A stretch of 64,000 nt of DNA from a virus: positions 51,084 through 115,083 of IMG/VR virus record IMGVR_UViG_3300032245_000795; one strand, written 5' to 3'. The notes under the pieces were generated by a model, which searched no databases, was not told where the DNA came from, and saw only the letters and a program-made list of their open reading frames with translations. The translations under genes and the position numbers were made by a program. This document shows, one piece after another, positions 1-9,983 of the stretch. Numbering within the stretch: position 1 is the first letter of the stretch; every line of letters starts with the position of its first letter.

Positions 1-3000
1 GTTGTAAATCTTCTTGGAGTTAAGGGTGGAGCAAAGAAGTTTTTTGCACAAGAAACATCTGGTGTAGCAGCATCTATGTCTCCAAAAGACTATGATTTAG
101 CAATAAAGACAGAAATTTCTAAATCAATTCCAAGACTAGAAAAACTTCTTAAGACTTGGAATTTAAATCCAGAAGAAAAAATTGTTTATGGAAATATGCT
201 ACAAAGACTCAGAGATGGAGCAAAAACAGATTGGGCAGCATTACAGCCTATACATGCTCGTGCAGGAGAAGGAGTTGCTAAATTAGAATTAGGAAACTTT
301 GAAAAATTCCAAAATGTTCCAGAGTCAAAAGCACAAGTTGAAAAACTTGTAGAGGGTTTATCAAAAGATGCAGCAGAACAATTGGAAAAGTTACCTAAAG
401 AACAAAGAGATAGAGTGCTTGCTGCACTAGGAAAAGAAAAACCAGCACCAACACATATGAGCCAAGCAAGGCTAATGAAATTTGTAGAACAAAATATGGT
501 TTACAAAGATGGTCTATTCCATGATAAAAAATCTTTAGATGCTGGAAGTACAACATCTGGAAAAACTTATGAAGAAGTTATGAAGAAAGTTTTTTATCAG
601 ATGGGCCTTCAAGAAAAAGATGGTTCTTTTGTAAGCGATAAAAAATTAAATGTTCCATCTAAACTAAAGTCTGCAATGAGCACTGTAGACAAAGCAGGTG
701 GAGGCTGGAGAACAAACGTACCAAAAAGTTCATTGCTTTGGAAAGCCTTAGATGCAGAAGAGCAAAGTTTTAGAGCAGCAAATATGGCTGCAGGCAAAAA
801 CGATCCATTAAAAAATGTAAGAGAAAAACTTAAGTCTCTAGGTTATAATGAAAAACAAATTGCTACTGCGCTAAGATCTGAGTTATCGCATGTAGAAAAA
901 ACTGGAGAATCTGGAAGAGGTCCTGCAAAGTATTCAAAGGGATCAGCAATGTTCGACTTAAGACTACTAAATAACTACATGAATACAAAGACTAGACCTC
1001 AAAGTATTTTAGACTGGAACGCAAAAAATGGAAATGCTCTTGGATTAACAGCAACACAGATTAAAGAATTTCAAAAAGCAGCAAACTATATGAAACCTGG
1101 GGCACACCCAATAACATTAGATGATATAAAATTAGTTCAAAAATCCGCACAACTTGATGTTTTAGCAGATGAATATCTAAAACAACAAAAGGTAAAGCCA
1201 AAGGGTTTTCCAAAACTAGGACAAGTTAATGCTTCTAAGGGGCTTTTGGCACTTCTTGATGACAGAATTGGAACAGGATACTACAAATCTTCAAAACCAA
1301 TTTTTAATTTATCAAGCGGTGTAGATCAAAGTCAAAAGGTTTTAGTAGATCCAAATAACGAATTTAAAGTCGATACTAAGACTGGAAAAGTAACAAAGTT
1401 AACAAACGCTAATACAGGAGCAAAGCCTGCTGGAGCAGTTGCTAGTAGTGGAAGTTCAAGAGACAGAAGGACTACGACAGAAACACCAACACAAAGAGTT
1501 GCAACAAGAAGTCAACTTACAAGTTTCCGCAGAGGGTTTGGTAAAATTCCTGGATTCTCTATGCCTGGAAAAATCAAGGGAGACCCAAGACTAACAAACC
1601 CTACAGTAAAACAAGGACAGTTAGCATTGCAGTTACGTGGCAAAGGATATAGCCAGGTAGAAATTGATAGAGCACTTAGAAGGTTTGCAGAAAAAGAATT
1701 AAAAAATAAAGAATCACAGGTTCGTGCTGCTGAAAAATCAGCAAGAGCAGAAGCAGCAAGACAAAAAGAACAAGCAGCAATACAAAAAAAACAAACAGAT
1801 GTTGCAAGAAAAGCATTTATAGAAAATGAGCGCAGATCACAACTAAATGCAGCACAAGCAAGAACATATGATGCTGCAGTAAAAGAAGATCAAAAGAGAA
1901 CAATAAAAAATCAAAAACAAACTGAAAAAGTAAATGCTAAACAAACAAGAATAGCACGTCAAGAAAAGGTTGGTAGATTCTCTGGCGGTGCATCTATGGC
2001 TCTTGGAACTGTTGGTATGGGTCTTATGATGTCTGGGAATACAAATGCTGGCATGGCTGTATCAGGTTTGTCAGCCCTTGCAGGAATGGCCCCGATGCTT
2101 GCTGGTATGGGACCAGTAGGAGTAGCCCTGACTGCTGTAGCAGCAGTTGGTGGAGGGCTTTGGATGCTAGACAAGGCAGCAAAGAAAGCAGCAGAATCAC
2201 AGTCTAGACAAGTTGATGCAACAAGAGCAACAACAGAAAAAATGAAAACCATTGGAGAAATGAATGGCAAAGTTGGAGCATCTGAAATTTATGCAAGAAA
2301 AAGAAAAGAATCGGTAGCCAATAGATATTCTATTGGTTTTGAAAGAGGAAAAACCCAATATGGATCAGACTTTTTAAAAGAACAAGTTGGAAAAGATATG
2401 TTTTCTGGCATTATAGAAAGTTTAAAGTCTGGTTCTAAAAATGTTGCATCTCAGGTAGCAACAGAACTTGCTGGTTATATTTCTGATGGAATATTAACTG
2501 CACAGCAAGCAAACAGTATTGCTGATCAGATTGGAATTGAGTTAGGCAATACTACAATTGGTGCAGATATTACTGGAAAACTACTAGAATTGGTCGGTCC
2601 AAATGGAGAAGATTTATTAACAAATCCACTAGAAGTAAGAGTTAAAATAGTTAAAGAACAACAGAAAAATACTCAATTAGTTATGAGTGAGTTAGAAAAG
2701 TATTATAATTGGTCAGGTAAAAACAATAACGGTTTTGATGACAAGTCCGATGCTGCAAACGCTGCAGAAGTTTTTGCATCTCAGGCTGCAGCAGCAAATG
2801 TACAGGATTTAGAGTTTAATCAAGCGCAAATAGATTCTTTAAATCTTGAGTACGACAATAAAATAAAAATACTTGAAGCACAAAAAGCAACTACATCAGA
2901 CAAAGCAAAGCAGTTAGAAATTCAAGGAAAAATTGATGCTGCTGAGAAAGATCGTATAACAGGAACAAAAAAATTACGAGAAAATAATAGAAAAATTATA

Positions 3001-6000
3001 CAAGAACAAATGAAAGCCCTTAAGTTTGTAAAGACAAATCAAAAACAAGGTTCAGAGGCAAGTGTAGAAACTGCATACTTTGAAGCATTAAAAACTCAAG
3101 TTAGGGACAAGTACAAAGACGATCCAACACAAAATGCATTTGTAGATAAATTTTTTCAAGTTGCACAGAATGCAGGTAGCCAAGAAATAGAAGCAAAGAT
3201 TATGACTGTTGTTGGTTCTGGTCAAATGCCAGTTACATCAGCAGTTAAGTTAATGGAAATGTTTGCTGGAGATGAAAAAGGACTTAATAAGATTCTTAAT
3301 GTAACAACATCAATTGCAGATCCTGGAAAAGTAACAGAGTTCTTAAACTCTATTGAATTAATAACAGATCCCAATACAAAAAAAGAGATTATGGTAGAAC
3401 TAACACAAAAGTCTCCAAAAGAAGCAGAAGGAATAATGTCTGCTTTTAATATGATGAAATTATTAAATCCAGAAATAAATATAGACTTCTTTTTTAAAGA
3501 TGGTGGCGCAGCAGGAATTGGAAAACTTAAGGAAATTGCAGACAAACTTGAAGAAGTTCAAAAAATAAAAGAGCCAATAACAACAAAGTTTTTGCTAGAG
3601 ACAAAAGAAATTGGTGGGGTAAACCTAGAAGATCTTATTCCAATTATGGAAAAATACAAAAATCAACCAGATGTTATAAAAAAACAAGTTATTTCACAAT
3701 ATATTGTTATAAAAGAAACACTTAATCCAGGAGAGATTGCAGCAGAAAAGAAAAGGCTTTTAGCAGGATATAAGGGAAATCCAAAGGGAGCCGAGCAGTA
3801 TTCGGAGTACCTAAACTCTCCAGAAGGAACAAAATATGTTACAAATAAGGTTGTTGAAAATAAAATTGCACAAGCCATTAAGCCTGAGATAGAAGCACTA
3901 GAGGCAGCACGTCTTGAAGCAGAAAAACTAAAGGGAGATAAAGTTACTGACCCATTTGAATGGATGTTAGCAGCATTAAAGAATGTTCGCAACGCTGCAA
4001 TAGATGCAAAGGGTGGAATTGAAGAATTAAAAAGAGCACTTGCAAAAATTGGTCCAAAGGCTGTAGGAGATAAGTTCTTAGGAATAGATCAACAAATGAT
4101 TGCTCAAGGACGTAATAAGCAGTTTATTGATTACGCTATGGGATTAACACCTGATGAGCAGGCAAAACTTTTCACTACCGCTGGACCTAAAAATAAAAGT
4201 GGTAAAAACAAGGGAAGAATACAAGACCCATATAACAAGGGCAAATTATTACCAGAGACAGCAAAACAAGGCGATGTAGTACTATCTAGCCTTGGAAAAA
4301 CATATAATAGTTTCTTTGATGCAAAAGTCATTGGAGATTTCAATGCTGCAATGGGCAGATCTCTTTCATCAATAAAAGATCAAGAGAAGGCAAGAATTAA
4401 ATTAGTTGCTGCTGGATATGATTCTGCAACAATAGAAGGTCTAATATCAGATGAATATACTACACAGTTAATTGCTTCAGGTAAAATAACAGAAGGTCAA
4501 CTAAAGCAAAATGTTGAAATTTCTAAAGAACTTGCCAATAGACAAAAAATTAATAGCCTACTTTCTAGAGGTACATCAGAATTGCAAAGGCAAGCAGATA
4601 TGTCAAGAGCAGCACAGGCTGCAAAGTTCTTACGTAGTCAAGGTGTTTCAGAAGATGGTGTGAGGGCAGCCCTTGCAGATGCAGGTTCATTGTCAGAAGC
4701 AATTGCTGCTATGGATCAATATAACTCTTCTGCTGGGCTTGCTGCTGGTACACTTAAAACCATTGTTGATGGACTTAACGCTATAAAGGCAAACTCAAAT
4801 ATAGAATTAATTCTTAAATTTACAACAGCAAATGTTTCAGGGCAGATTCAGCAAGGAGCAGAAGCAGCCAAAAAGATAATGGACTCAAAGAGAACAGTCT
4901 ACAATAATCTAACTGCTGACAAATTAAAAAATGCAACTTCGGCATATACAGATTCAAGTAAAGCCCCTCAACAAGTTGGTAAGATTGCAACAGCAACTGT
5001 AGATGCAAGGTATAAAGCAACAAATACTCCAATACCAGTGATATCAGAAGGCGCAACAATAAAGAGTCTTCAAAAAGCAATGGAAACTAAGGCTAAAGAA
5101 ATAGATCTTTCATCTTCAAATCTTAGCAAGGCTAAATCTGCAGCGTCTGCAGTAAGAGATCAAATTTCAAATGCAGAAAACGCTTTGCAGACAGCACTAG
5201 ATAATGCTAATGCAGGCGTTGATAAAGCAATTAAGGGAGTTCAAGATGTCATTAGAGGTTATGAAAATCAGATCAAGTCAATAGAAAAAACTATAAAGTC
5301 CAGAGAAGATGAAATAAAGAAAAGATTTACAGATAAAATAGAGGCATTTAATAAAGAAAACCAAATGCTAAGTAATGACCTTGCAATAATGGACAAGGCT
5401 GCAGAAGATATTAATGAGAAGTATGATAAGCAAGTAGAAGCCTTGCAGGAAGTAAACAAATTAAATCAAGAAATTATTGATGCACAGGGACAGCAGTTAG
5501 ACCTGGCTGATGCTCTTTCTCAAGGTGATATCGCAGCAGCAGCAAGAGTTGCAAATGAGATGTCAGCATCTTATGCAAACAATCAAGCAGACACAATAAT
5601 GCAGGGTATTGAACTTGCCAGAACTAATGATTTGTCAGCCTTAACTGGTGCAGAAAGCGGACTAACTGCAGATGCTATTTCAGAAAGACAATTTGCTATA
5701 AGTCAAGAAATTTATAAACTAGAAACAGATCCTGCAAGATTGGCAATTGAAGCAGAAATACTAGCACTAAATGAAAGTGCTCTTGCAGTACAAGAATTAA
5801 TTGCTGCAAAACAAGAAGAGATTGATCAAATTGAGGCTGGAAGAGCAAATATTTTAGCAGGTGTAGAGGCAGCCCATGCAGCAAACCTAAAGGCTTTGAA
5901 TGATTCTTTAGTTCCACTTGATGAGGCAGTAAAGAAAAATGAAGGAATATTAAAAAAGTTAGAAGATGAAGAAGAAGCATTGTCAGCACAAAAAGGATAT

Positions 6001-9000
6001 CTTGAAGCAATTGCAGATGAAGCAGTTGATATTGATAACACTACTGGAATGACCCTTGATGATTGGGTAGACACAGAAGACAAAGTAAAATCAATTGAAG
6101 AATTAGCAGCAGCATATGCTCTTTCAACACTTGCAGCCCAAGCAGCAGTTGCAGCAGCAAGTACATCCTGGGGTGAAATTTTAAATTCCATTAATAAAAT
6201 TCCTGATAGTATTGAAACAAAATTAATAGTTGAGAAGATTGAGAATATAACACAAAATATTAAAAAAACATATACTGATGATGGTAGCGCAGCATCTGCA
6301 GCAGCAGCAGCAACTGCTGCAACTGCACAAGCAGAAGCAAAAGCAAAGGCCATTGCTGCAGCACTAAGAAAATTAACATCTGGACAAGCCTTAACAGCAG
6401 AAGAAAAGGCCCTGCTTTCAATAAACGGAGATGCAGATACATCAGCAGCAGACAAAGCAGTTAAAGATGCAGCAGATGTAAAGGCTAAGGCAATTGCAGA
6501 TGCTCTAAGAAGATTAAATAGCGGTCAATTGTTAACATCACAAGAAAGAGAACTTCTTGGTATGGCACCTGCTACAGACATGTATGATCCAAATGATCCA
6601 TCTCACAAGGGTTCTTTTGAAACAGGTTGGTCATTAAATTCATGGGTTCATGCAATGGGCAAAGAATCAGCAGCACCCATACTAAAGAGCATGGGCTACT
6701 GGGCAGATGGTGGAGTTGTATATAGAAAAGCAGGAAGTCCTAGCCCAGAGTTTAAGGCAAAGGGAACAGATACTGTTCCAGCAATGCTAACTCCTGGAGA
6801 GTTTGTAATTAATAAGGCTGCAGTAAAAAAGTACGGACCAAAATTCTTTAAAATACTTAATGACAAAAAGTATCCAAAAAAGACTTCAGCAACAACTCCA
6901 ACAGAAGTACTTGACATAATAAGAAACCTTGGTTATTCAGTACCAGTTAAACCAACTTCTGCTTACGATTCTAACAATCAACCTACTGGAAGTGCAACTG
7001 GAAGATACTGGGGAGAGTTAGAAAGACTTTACGAAAGTTCTCCAATTGGTTTTGATGGCAAAGGAAAGCCAATACTTAACACTACAGGTAAAGATCCTTG
7101 GGGTGGTACAGAGATCCCAGGCCTTCCATTTAATGGAACAGTTCCACAATTTTCAGACTACTGGCATCAATTAGCAGAACAACCACAAAAGTTTAGTGGG
7201 CCTGCAATGGGTATAGACAAACCTGTGGACCGCTATGCAGGATCTGGCGCATCTATGGGTGGTATTGGTAACGGAGCATACGGCTTGACTGGCCTACAGA
7301 TGCTTTCTAGAGGCGGTATGGTTAATCCATTAATGATGTCTGAAGGCGGTTCAGTGCCTTGGTATAAAAAGGCAGGAAATTTCCTAGTAGAAGCAGTTAA
7401 GGAAACTGGAAGATCTATTGACTGGTTAACTGGAATGTATACAGCAGGACAAACTGGACAAAGAGATCCTATGATGTTCAGCAAAGACAATAAAGTTCTA
7501 CTTAAGAATATCAATGCAGCAGTAGATGCTGGGTACGGCTCAGAAGCAACTAAAGTTTTGGCAACCAAAACTGCTATGAGCGGAGTAAATGTAGGATCAC
7601 TTTTTCTTGGTGGGGCATTAGGAAGCGCAACAGCAAGAGGTGCAGTTGGTGCATACGGAATATCAAAAGGAATTCCAGCACTTGAAACACTCTTGCCAAC
7701 AGGATCTTTGTCTTATGCTACAAAAACAGGATTAGGGGCTGCATCTAACTTAGGATCTAGTACATATTTAAAGACTACAAACCCATTTACTCCAAAAACC
7801 ACAGTATATGCCAAGGGGCCTGGAGGAATAGAAGATATCCCATTTCTTGATAAGACCAGAAAAGCAAGATTCTTGGAATATGCTAAGGGACTTAATAATA
7901 AAGATGCCAACTATTTATCTCCAGATACTATAGCAGGAATTAAAAAAGTTGAAGCAGACGTAAAGAAAAGATTTGATGAAATTGAAGAAATAAAAAATGG
8001 AACACTTAATGGTAATCCATTGCCCGATCCAGAGAGAACCCTAGGATACTGGACACGTTATAACACAGACGATTTAATGCAAATTGCATTGGCAAAAAAA
8101 TATAATATTCCACCTATTAGTCAAGATTATTTAGCAGAGTATGCAAATATGGGATTAACTGCTTTCTATGATAAAAATTGGGCAGAGATTCATACAGCAC
8201 TTGGTAGACAAACACTTGGTAGAGAGTTTGTTGGATACAGAGGTCTTAGCCACAAAGACCTTGCTGATATTGTTGGTTATAAAGAAGTAAACAAATTAGA
8301 AGATTTTACAGGAAAGGTTATAGGTAAAGAATCTGCATACCTCGGTAGCAGGGGATACGGACCAACACCTGGAGCCACACTTAAGCCTAACTGGGAAGAA
8401 CTTTTAGCAGGAAGAGACGCAAGAATTGCACCGTACGACTTTATAAATAATAAAGATCTTTTTGATTTAGAACCAGGAATAGGGGGAGTAGGAAATGCCT
8501 GGGTACCAGATGTTGCTAAATCATTTACAGAAAACCTTGATTGGGCAAAAAGAATAACAACAAATAATGATACTGGAGGAGGAGGTGTCTCTGCAATTGC
8601 AAAGGTTAACTTTGGTTCAGATGTTTTGGGGATTGACAGTATAACAAAATTAGGACTTGGTGGTTCACATGCAGACCCAACTCTTACAGAGCCATTTGTT
8701 TCTGCCTTTACTGAATTTATTCTTAAAAAGGTAACTCCTATGGCTCACAGAATTCCAGATGATACTGGGGAATTTATAACTAATGACTATGGTACCAAAT
8801 GGGTTAATGGACCAGGATATTCAAGATTAATAGATGAGTATGAATTTGATGCAGTAAGAACTTTACCTAAACCATATATAATTCCAGAAACTTTTCCTAA
8901 CACAACAACGGCAAGCATTGATAATTTAACCTTAGCAGCAAAATCACAAGCAATAGCGGATGCTATTAAAAAACAAGGTCTTCAAAATGCAGCAAAGGCA

Positions 9001-9324
9001 GAGGGTATGGCAAAAAGATATGGAATGTCATCTGGTGGAGTAGTTCCTAAATATTTTGCTGCTGGTGGATACGCCTCTGGAACAGACATAGTACCAGCAA
9101 TGCTAACTCCAGGAGAATTTGTAATGAGTAAGTATGCTGTTGAAGCACACGGTGCAGATACTATGAAGGCAATTAATAATGGATCTTCCGTTGGTGACTC
9201 AGTGTATAATTATAGTATCAGTGTAAATGTAAAGTCTGATTCAAACCCAGATGAAATTGCAAGAGCAGTAATGACTCAAATAAAGAGTATTGATTCACAA
9301 AAGATTAGAGGAGTTAGAATATAA
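1..9324 (+). CDS. Tape measure protein, 5'-truncated (>3100 aa), with accessory domains
   Basis: Frame is open from base 1. Long Ala/Lys/Glu coiled coils, a hydrophobic Gly/Ala segment (~1980-2170) and two GTD(T/I)VPAMLTPGEFV motifs typical of TMP C-termini; followed by tail genes. Confidence 0.88.
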   Translation, partial: VVNLLGVKGGAKKFFAQETSGVAASMSPKDYDLAIKTEISKSIPRLEKLLKTWNLNPEEKIVYGNMLQRLRDGAKTDWAALQPIHARAGEGVAKLELGNFEKFQNVPESKAQVEKLVEGLSKDAAEQLEKLPKEQRDRVLAALGKEKPAPTHMSQARLMKFVEQNMVYKDGLFHDKKSLDAGSTTSGKTYEEVMKKVFYQMGLQEKDGSFVSDKKLNVPSKLKSAMSTVDKAGGGWRTNVPKSSLLWKALDAEEQSFRAANMAAGKNDPLKNVREKLKSLGYNEKQIATALRSELSHVEKTGESGRGPAKYSKGSAMFDLRLLNNYMNTKTRPQSILDWNAKNGNALGLTATQIKEFQKAANYMKPGAHPITLDDIKLVQKSAQLDVLADEYLKQQKVKPKGFPKLGQVNASKGLLALLDDRIGTGYYKSSKPIFNLSSGVDQSQKVLVDPNNEFKVDTKTGKVTKLTNANTGAKPAGAVASSGSSRDRRTTTETPTQRVATRSQLTSFRRGFGKIPGFSMPGKIKGDPRLTNPTVKQGQLALQLRGKGYSQVEIDRALRRFAEKELKNKESQVRAAEKSARAEAARQKEQAAIQKKQTDVARKAFIENERRSQLNAAQARTYDAAVKEDQKRTIKNQKQTEKVNAKQTRIARQEKVGRFSGGASMALGTVGMGLMMSGNTNAGMAVSGLSALAGMAPMLAGMGPVGVALTAVAAVGGGLWMLDKAAKKAAESQSRQVDATRATTEKMKTIGEMNGKVGASEIYARKRKESVANRYSIGFERGKTQYGSDFLKEQVGKDMFSGIIESLKSGSKNVASQVATELAGYISDGILTAQQANSIADQIGIELGNTTIGADITGKLLELVGPNGEDLLTNPLEVRVKIVKEQQKNTQLVMSELEKYYNWSGKNNNGFDDKSDAANAAEVFASQAAAANVQDLEFNQAQIDSLNLEYDNKIKILEAQKATTSDKAKQLEIQGKIDAAEKDRITGTKKLRENNRKIIQEQMKALKFVKTNQKQGSEASVETAYFEALKTQVRDKYKDDPTQNAFVDKFFQVAQNAGSQEIEAKIMTVVGSGQMPVTSAVKLMEMFAGDEKGLNKILNVTTSIADPGKVTEFLNSIELITDPNTKKEIMVELTQKSPKEAEGIMSAFNMMKLLNPEINIDFFFKDGGAAGIGKLKEIADKLEEVQKIKEPITTKFLLETKEIGGVNLEDLIPIMEKYKNQPDVIKKQVISQYIVIKETLNPGEIAAEKKRLLAGYKGNPKGAEQYSEYLNSPEGTKYVTNKVVENKIAQAIKPEIEALEAARLEAEKLKGDKVTDPFEWMLAALKNVRNAAIDAKGGIEELKRALAKIGPKAVGDKFLGIDQQMIAQGRNKQFIDYAMGLTPDEQAKLFTTAGPKNKSGKNKGRIQDPYNKGKLLPETAKQGDVVLSSLGKTYNSFFDAKVIGDFNAAMGRSLSSIKDQEKARIKLVAAGYDSATIEGLISDEYTTQLIASGKITEGQLKQNVEISKELANRQKINSLLSRGTSELQRQADMSRAAQAAKFLRSQGVSEDGVRAALADAGSLSEAIAAMDQYNSSAGLAAGTLKTIVDGLNAIKANSNIELILKFTTANVSGQIQQGAEAAKKIMDSKRTVYNNLTADKLKNATSAYTDSSKAPQQVGKIATATVDARYKATNTPIPVISEGATIKSLQKAMETKAKEIDLSSSNLSKAKSAASAVRDQISNAENALQTALDNANAGVDKAIKGVQDVIRGYENQIKSIEKTIKSREDEIKKRFTDKIEAFNKENQMLSNDLAIMDKAAEDINEKYDKQVEALQEVNKLNQEIIDAQGQQLDLADALSQGDIAAAARVANEMSASYANNQADTIMQGIELARTNDLSALTGAESGLTADAISERQFAISQEIYKLETDPARLAIEAEILALNESALAVQELIAAKQEEIDQIEAGRANILAGVEAAHAANLKALNDSLVPLDEAVKKNEGILKKLEDEEEALSAQKGYLEAIADEAVDIDNTTGMTLDDWVDTEDKVKSIEELAAAYALSTLAAQAAVAAASTSWGEILNSINKIPDSIETKLIVEKIENITQNIKKTYTDDGSAASAAAAATAATAQAEAKAKAIAAALRKLTSGQALTAEEKALLSINGDADTSAADKAVKDAADVKAKAIADALRRLNSGQLLTSQERELLGMAPATDMYDPNDPSHKGSFETGWSLNSWVHAMGKESAAPILKSMGYWADGGVVYRKAGSPSPEFKAKGTDTVPAMLTPGEFVINKAAVKKYGPKFFKILNDKKYPKKTSATTPTEVLDIIRNLGYSVPVKPTSAYDSNNQPTGSATGRYWGELERLYESSPIGFDGKGKPILNTTGKDPWGGTEIPGLPFNGTVPQFSDYWHQLAEQPQKFSGPAMGIDKPVDRYAGSGASMGGIGNGAYGLTGLQMLSRGGMVNPLMMSEGGSVPWYKKAGNFLVEAVKETGRSIDWLTGMYTAGQTGQRDPMMFSKDNKVLLKNINAAVDAGYGSEATKVLATKTAMSGVNVGSLFLGGALGSATARGAVGAYGISKGIPALETLLPTGSLSYATKTGLGAASNLGSSTYLKTTNPFTPKTTVYAKGPGGIEDIPFLDKTRKARFLEYAKGLNNKDANYLSPDTIAGIKKVEADVKKRFDEIEEIKNGTLNGNPLPDPERTLGYWTRYNTDDLMQIALAKKYNIPPISQDYLAEYANMGLTAFYDKNWAEIHTALGRQTLGREFVGYRGLSHKDLADIVGYKEVNKLEDFTGKVIGKESAYLGSRGYGPTPGATLKPNWEELLAGRDARIAPYDFINNKDLFDLEPGIGGVGNAWVPDVAKSFTENLDWAKRITTNNDTGGGGVSAIAKVNFGSDVLGIDSITKLGLGGSHADPTLTEPFVSAFTEFILKKVTPMAHRIPDDTGEFITNDYGTKWVNGPGYSRLIDEYEFDAVRTLPKPYIIPETFPNTTTASIDNLTLAAKSQAIADAIKKQGLQNAAKAEGMAKRYGMSSGGVVPKYFAAGGYASGTDIVPAMLTPGEFVMSKYAVEAHGADTMKAINNGSSVGDSVYNYSISVNVKSDSNPDEIARAVMTQIKSIDSQKIRGVRI
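6763..9123 (+). repeat. Direct repeat pair (GTDxVPAMLTPGEFV; 6763-6807 and 9079-9123) inside TMP
   Basis: ccagcaatgctaactccWggagaRtttgtaat is shared at DNA level; the copies are 2316 nt apart and in frame. Confidence 0.9.
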
Positions 9325-9983
9325 TGGCAACCAATGTATATATGGCAGGTCGTAAAAAATATCAAAGACCTCAAGGACTTCTCTTTGCAGACAACCAGGG
9401 GATAAAGGTAGACGGATTTCATATCCCAGAAGGAAACGAAATAGGGTCATTAGCAGCCTCTGCAGAGGGATCTGGAGAGTTTTTAATACTCTCTGATGAT
9501 AATAGGTCGCCAATAGACTTTAGTACCACCAGAATTGAAAAAAGGGAGAGAATGATCAATGGTCGTATGAGGTCATATCATATTGCAGATAAACTACAAA
9601 TCAATGTTTCCTGGGATATGTTACCATCAAGAGCGTATGATACATATGCTAGGTTTGATTCTAATGGACAGCCAAACTTAGTAAAGAATATAAATACTAG
9701 ACCAACCCCTTTAGAGTTTACAACAGATGGTGGAGCAGGAGGAGTAGAACTGCTTGATTGGTATAAAAACCATAAAGGATCTTTTTGGGTTTATCTTGCT
9801 TATGATAAGTACACTAATTTTAATAATGATATACAAACCACACAAGATGATAGATTTAAAAATATAAACAAATATAATGAAGTCATTGAGGTTTTCTTTG
9901 CAGACTTCAACTATTCTGTACAAAAAAGAAGTGGCTTAAACTTTGATTTTTGGAATGTGTCTTTAACACTGGAAGAGGCATAA
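9324..9983 (+). CDS. Putative distal tail/minor tail protein
   Basis: Directly after TMP with TAATG coupling; RMINGRMR and a C-terminal WNVSLTLEE beta strand. Confidence 0.6.
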   Translation: MATNVYMAGRKKYQRPQGLLFADNQGIKVDGFHIPEGNEIGSLAASAEGSGEFLILSDDNRSPIDFSTTRIEKRERMINGRMRSYHIADKLQINVSWDMLPSRAYDTYARFDSNGQPNLVKNINTRPTPLEFTTDGGAGGVELLDWYKNHKGSFWVYLAYDKYTNFNNDIQTTQDDRFKNINKYNEVIEVFFADFNYSVQKRSGLNFDFWNVSLTLEEA

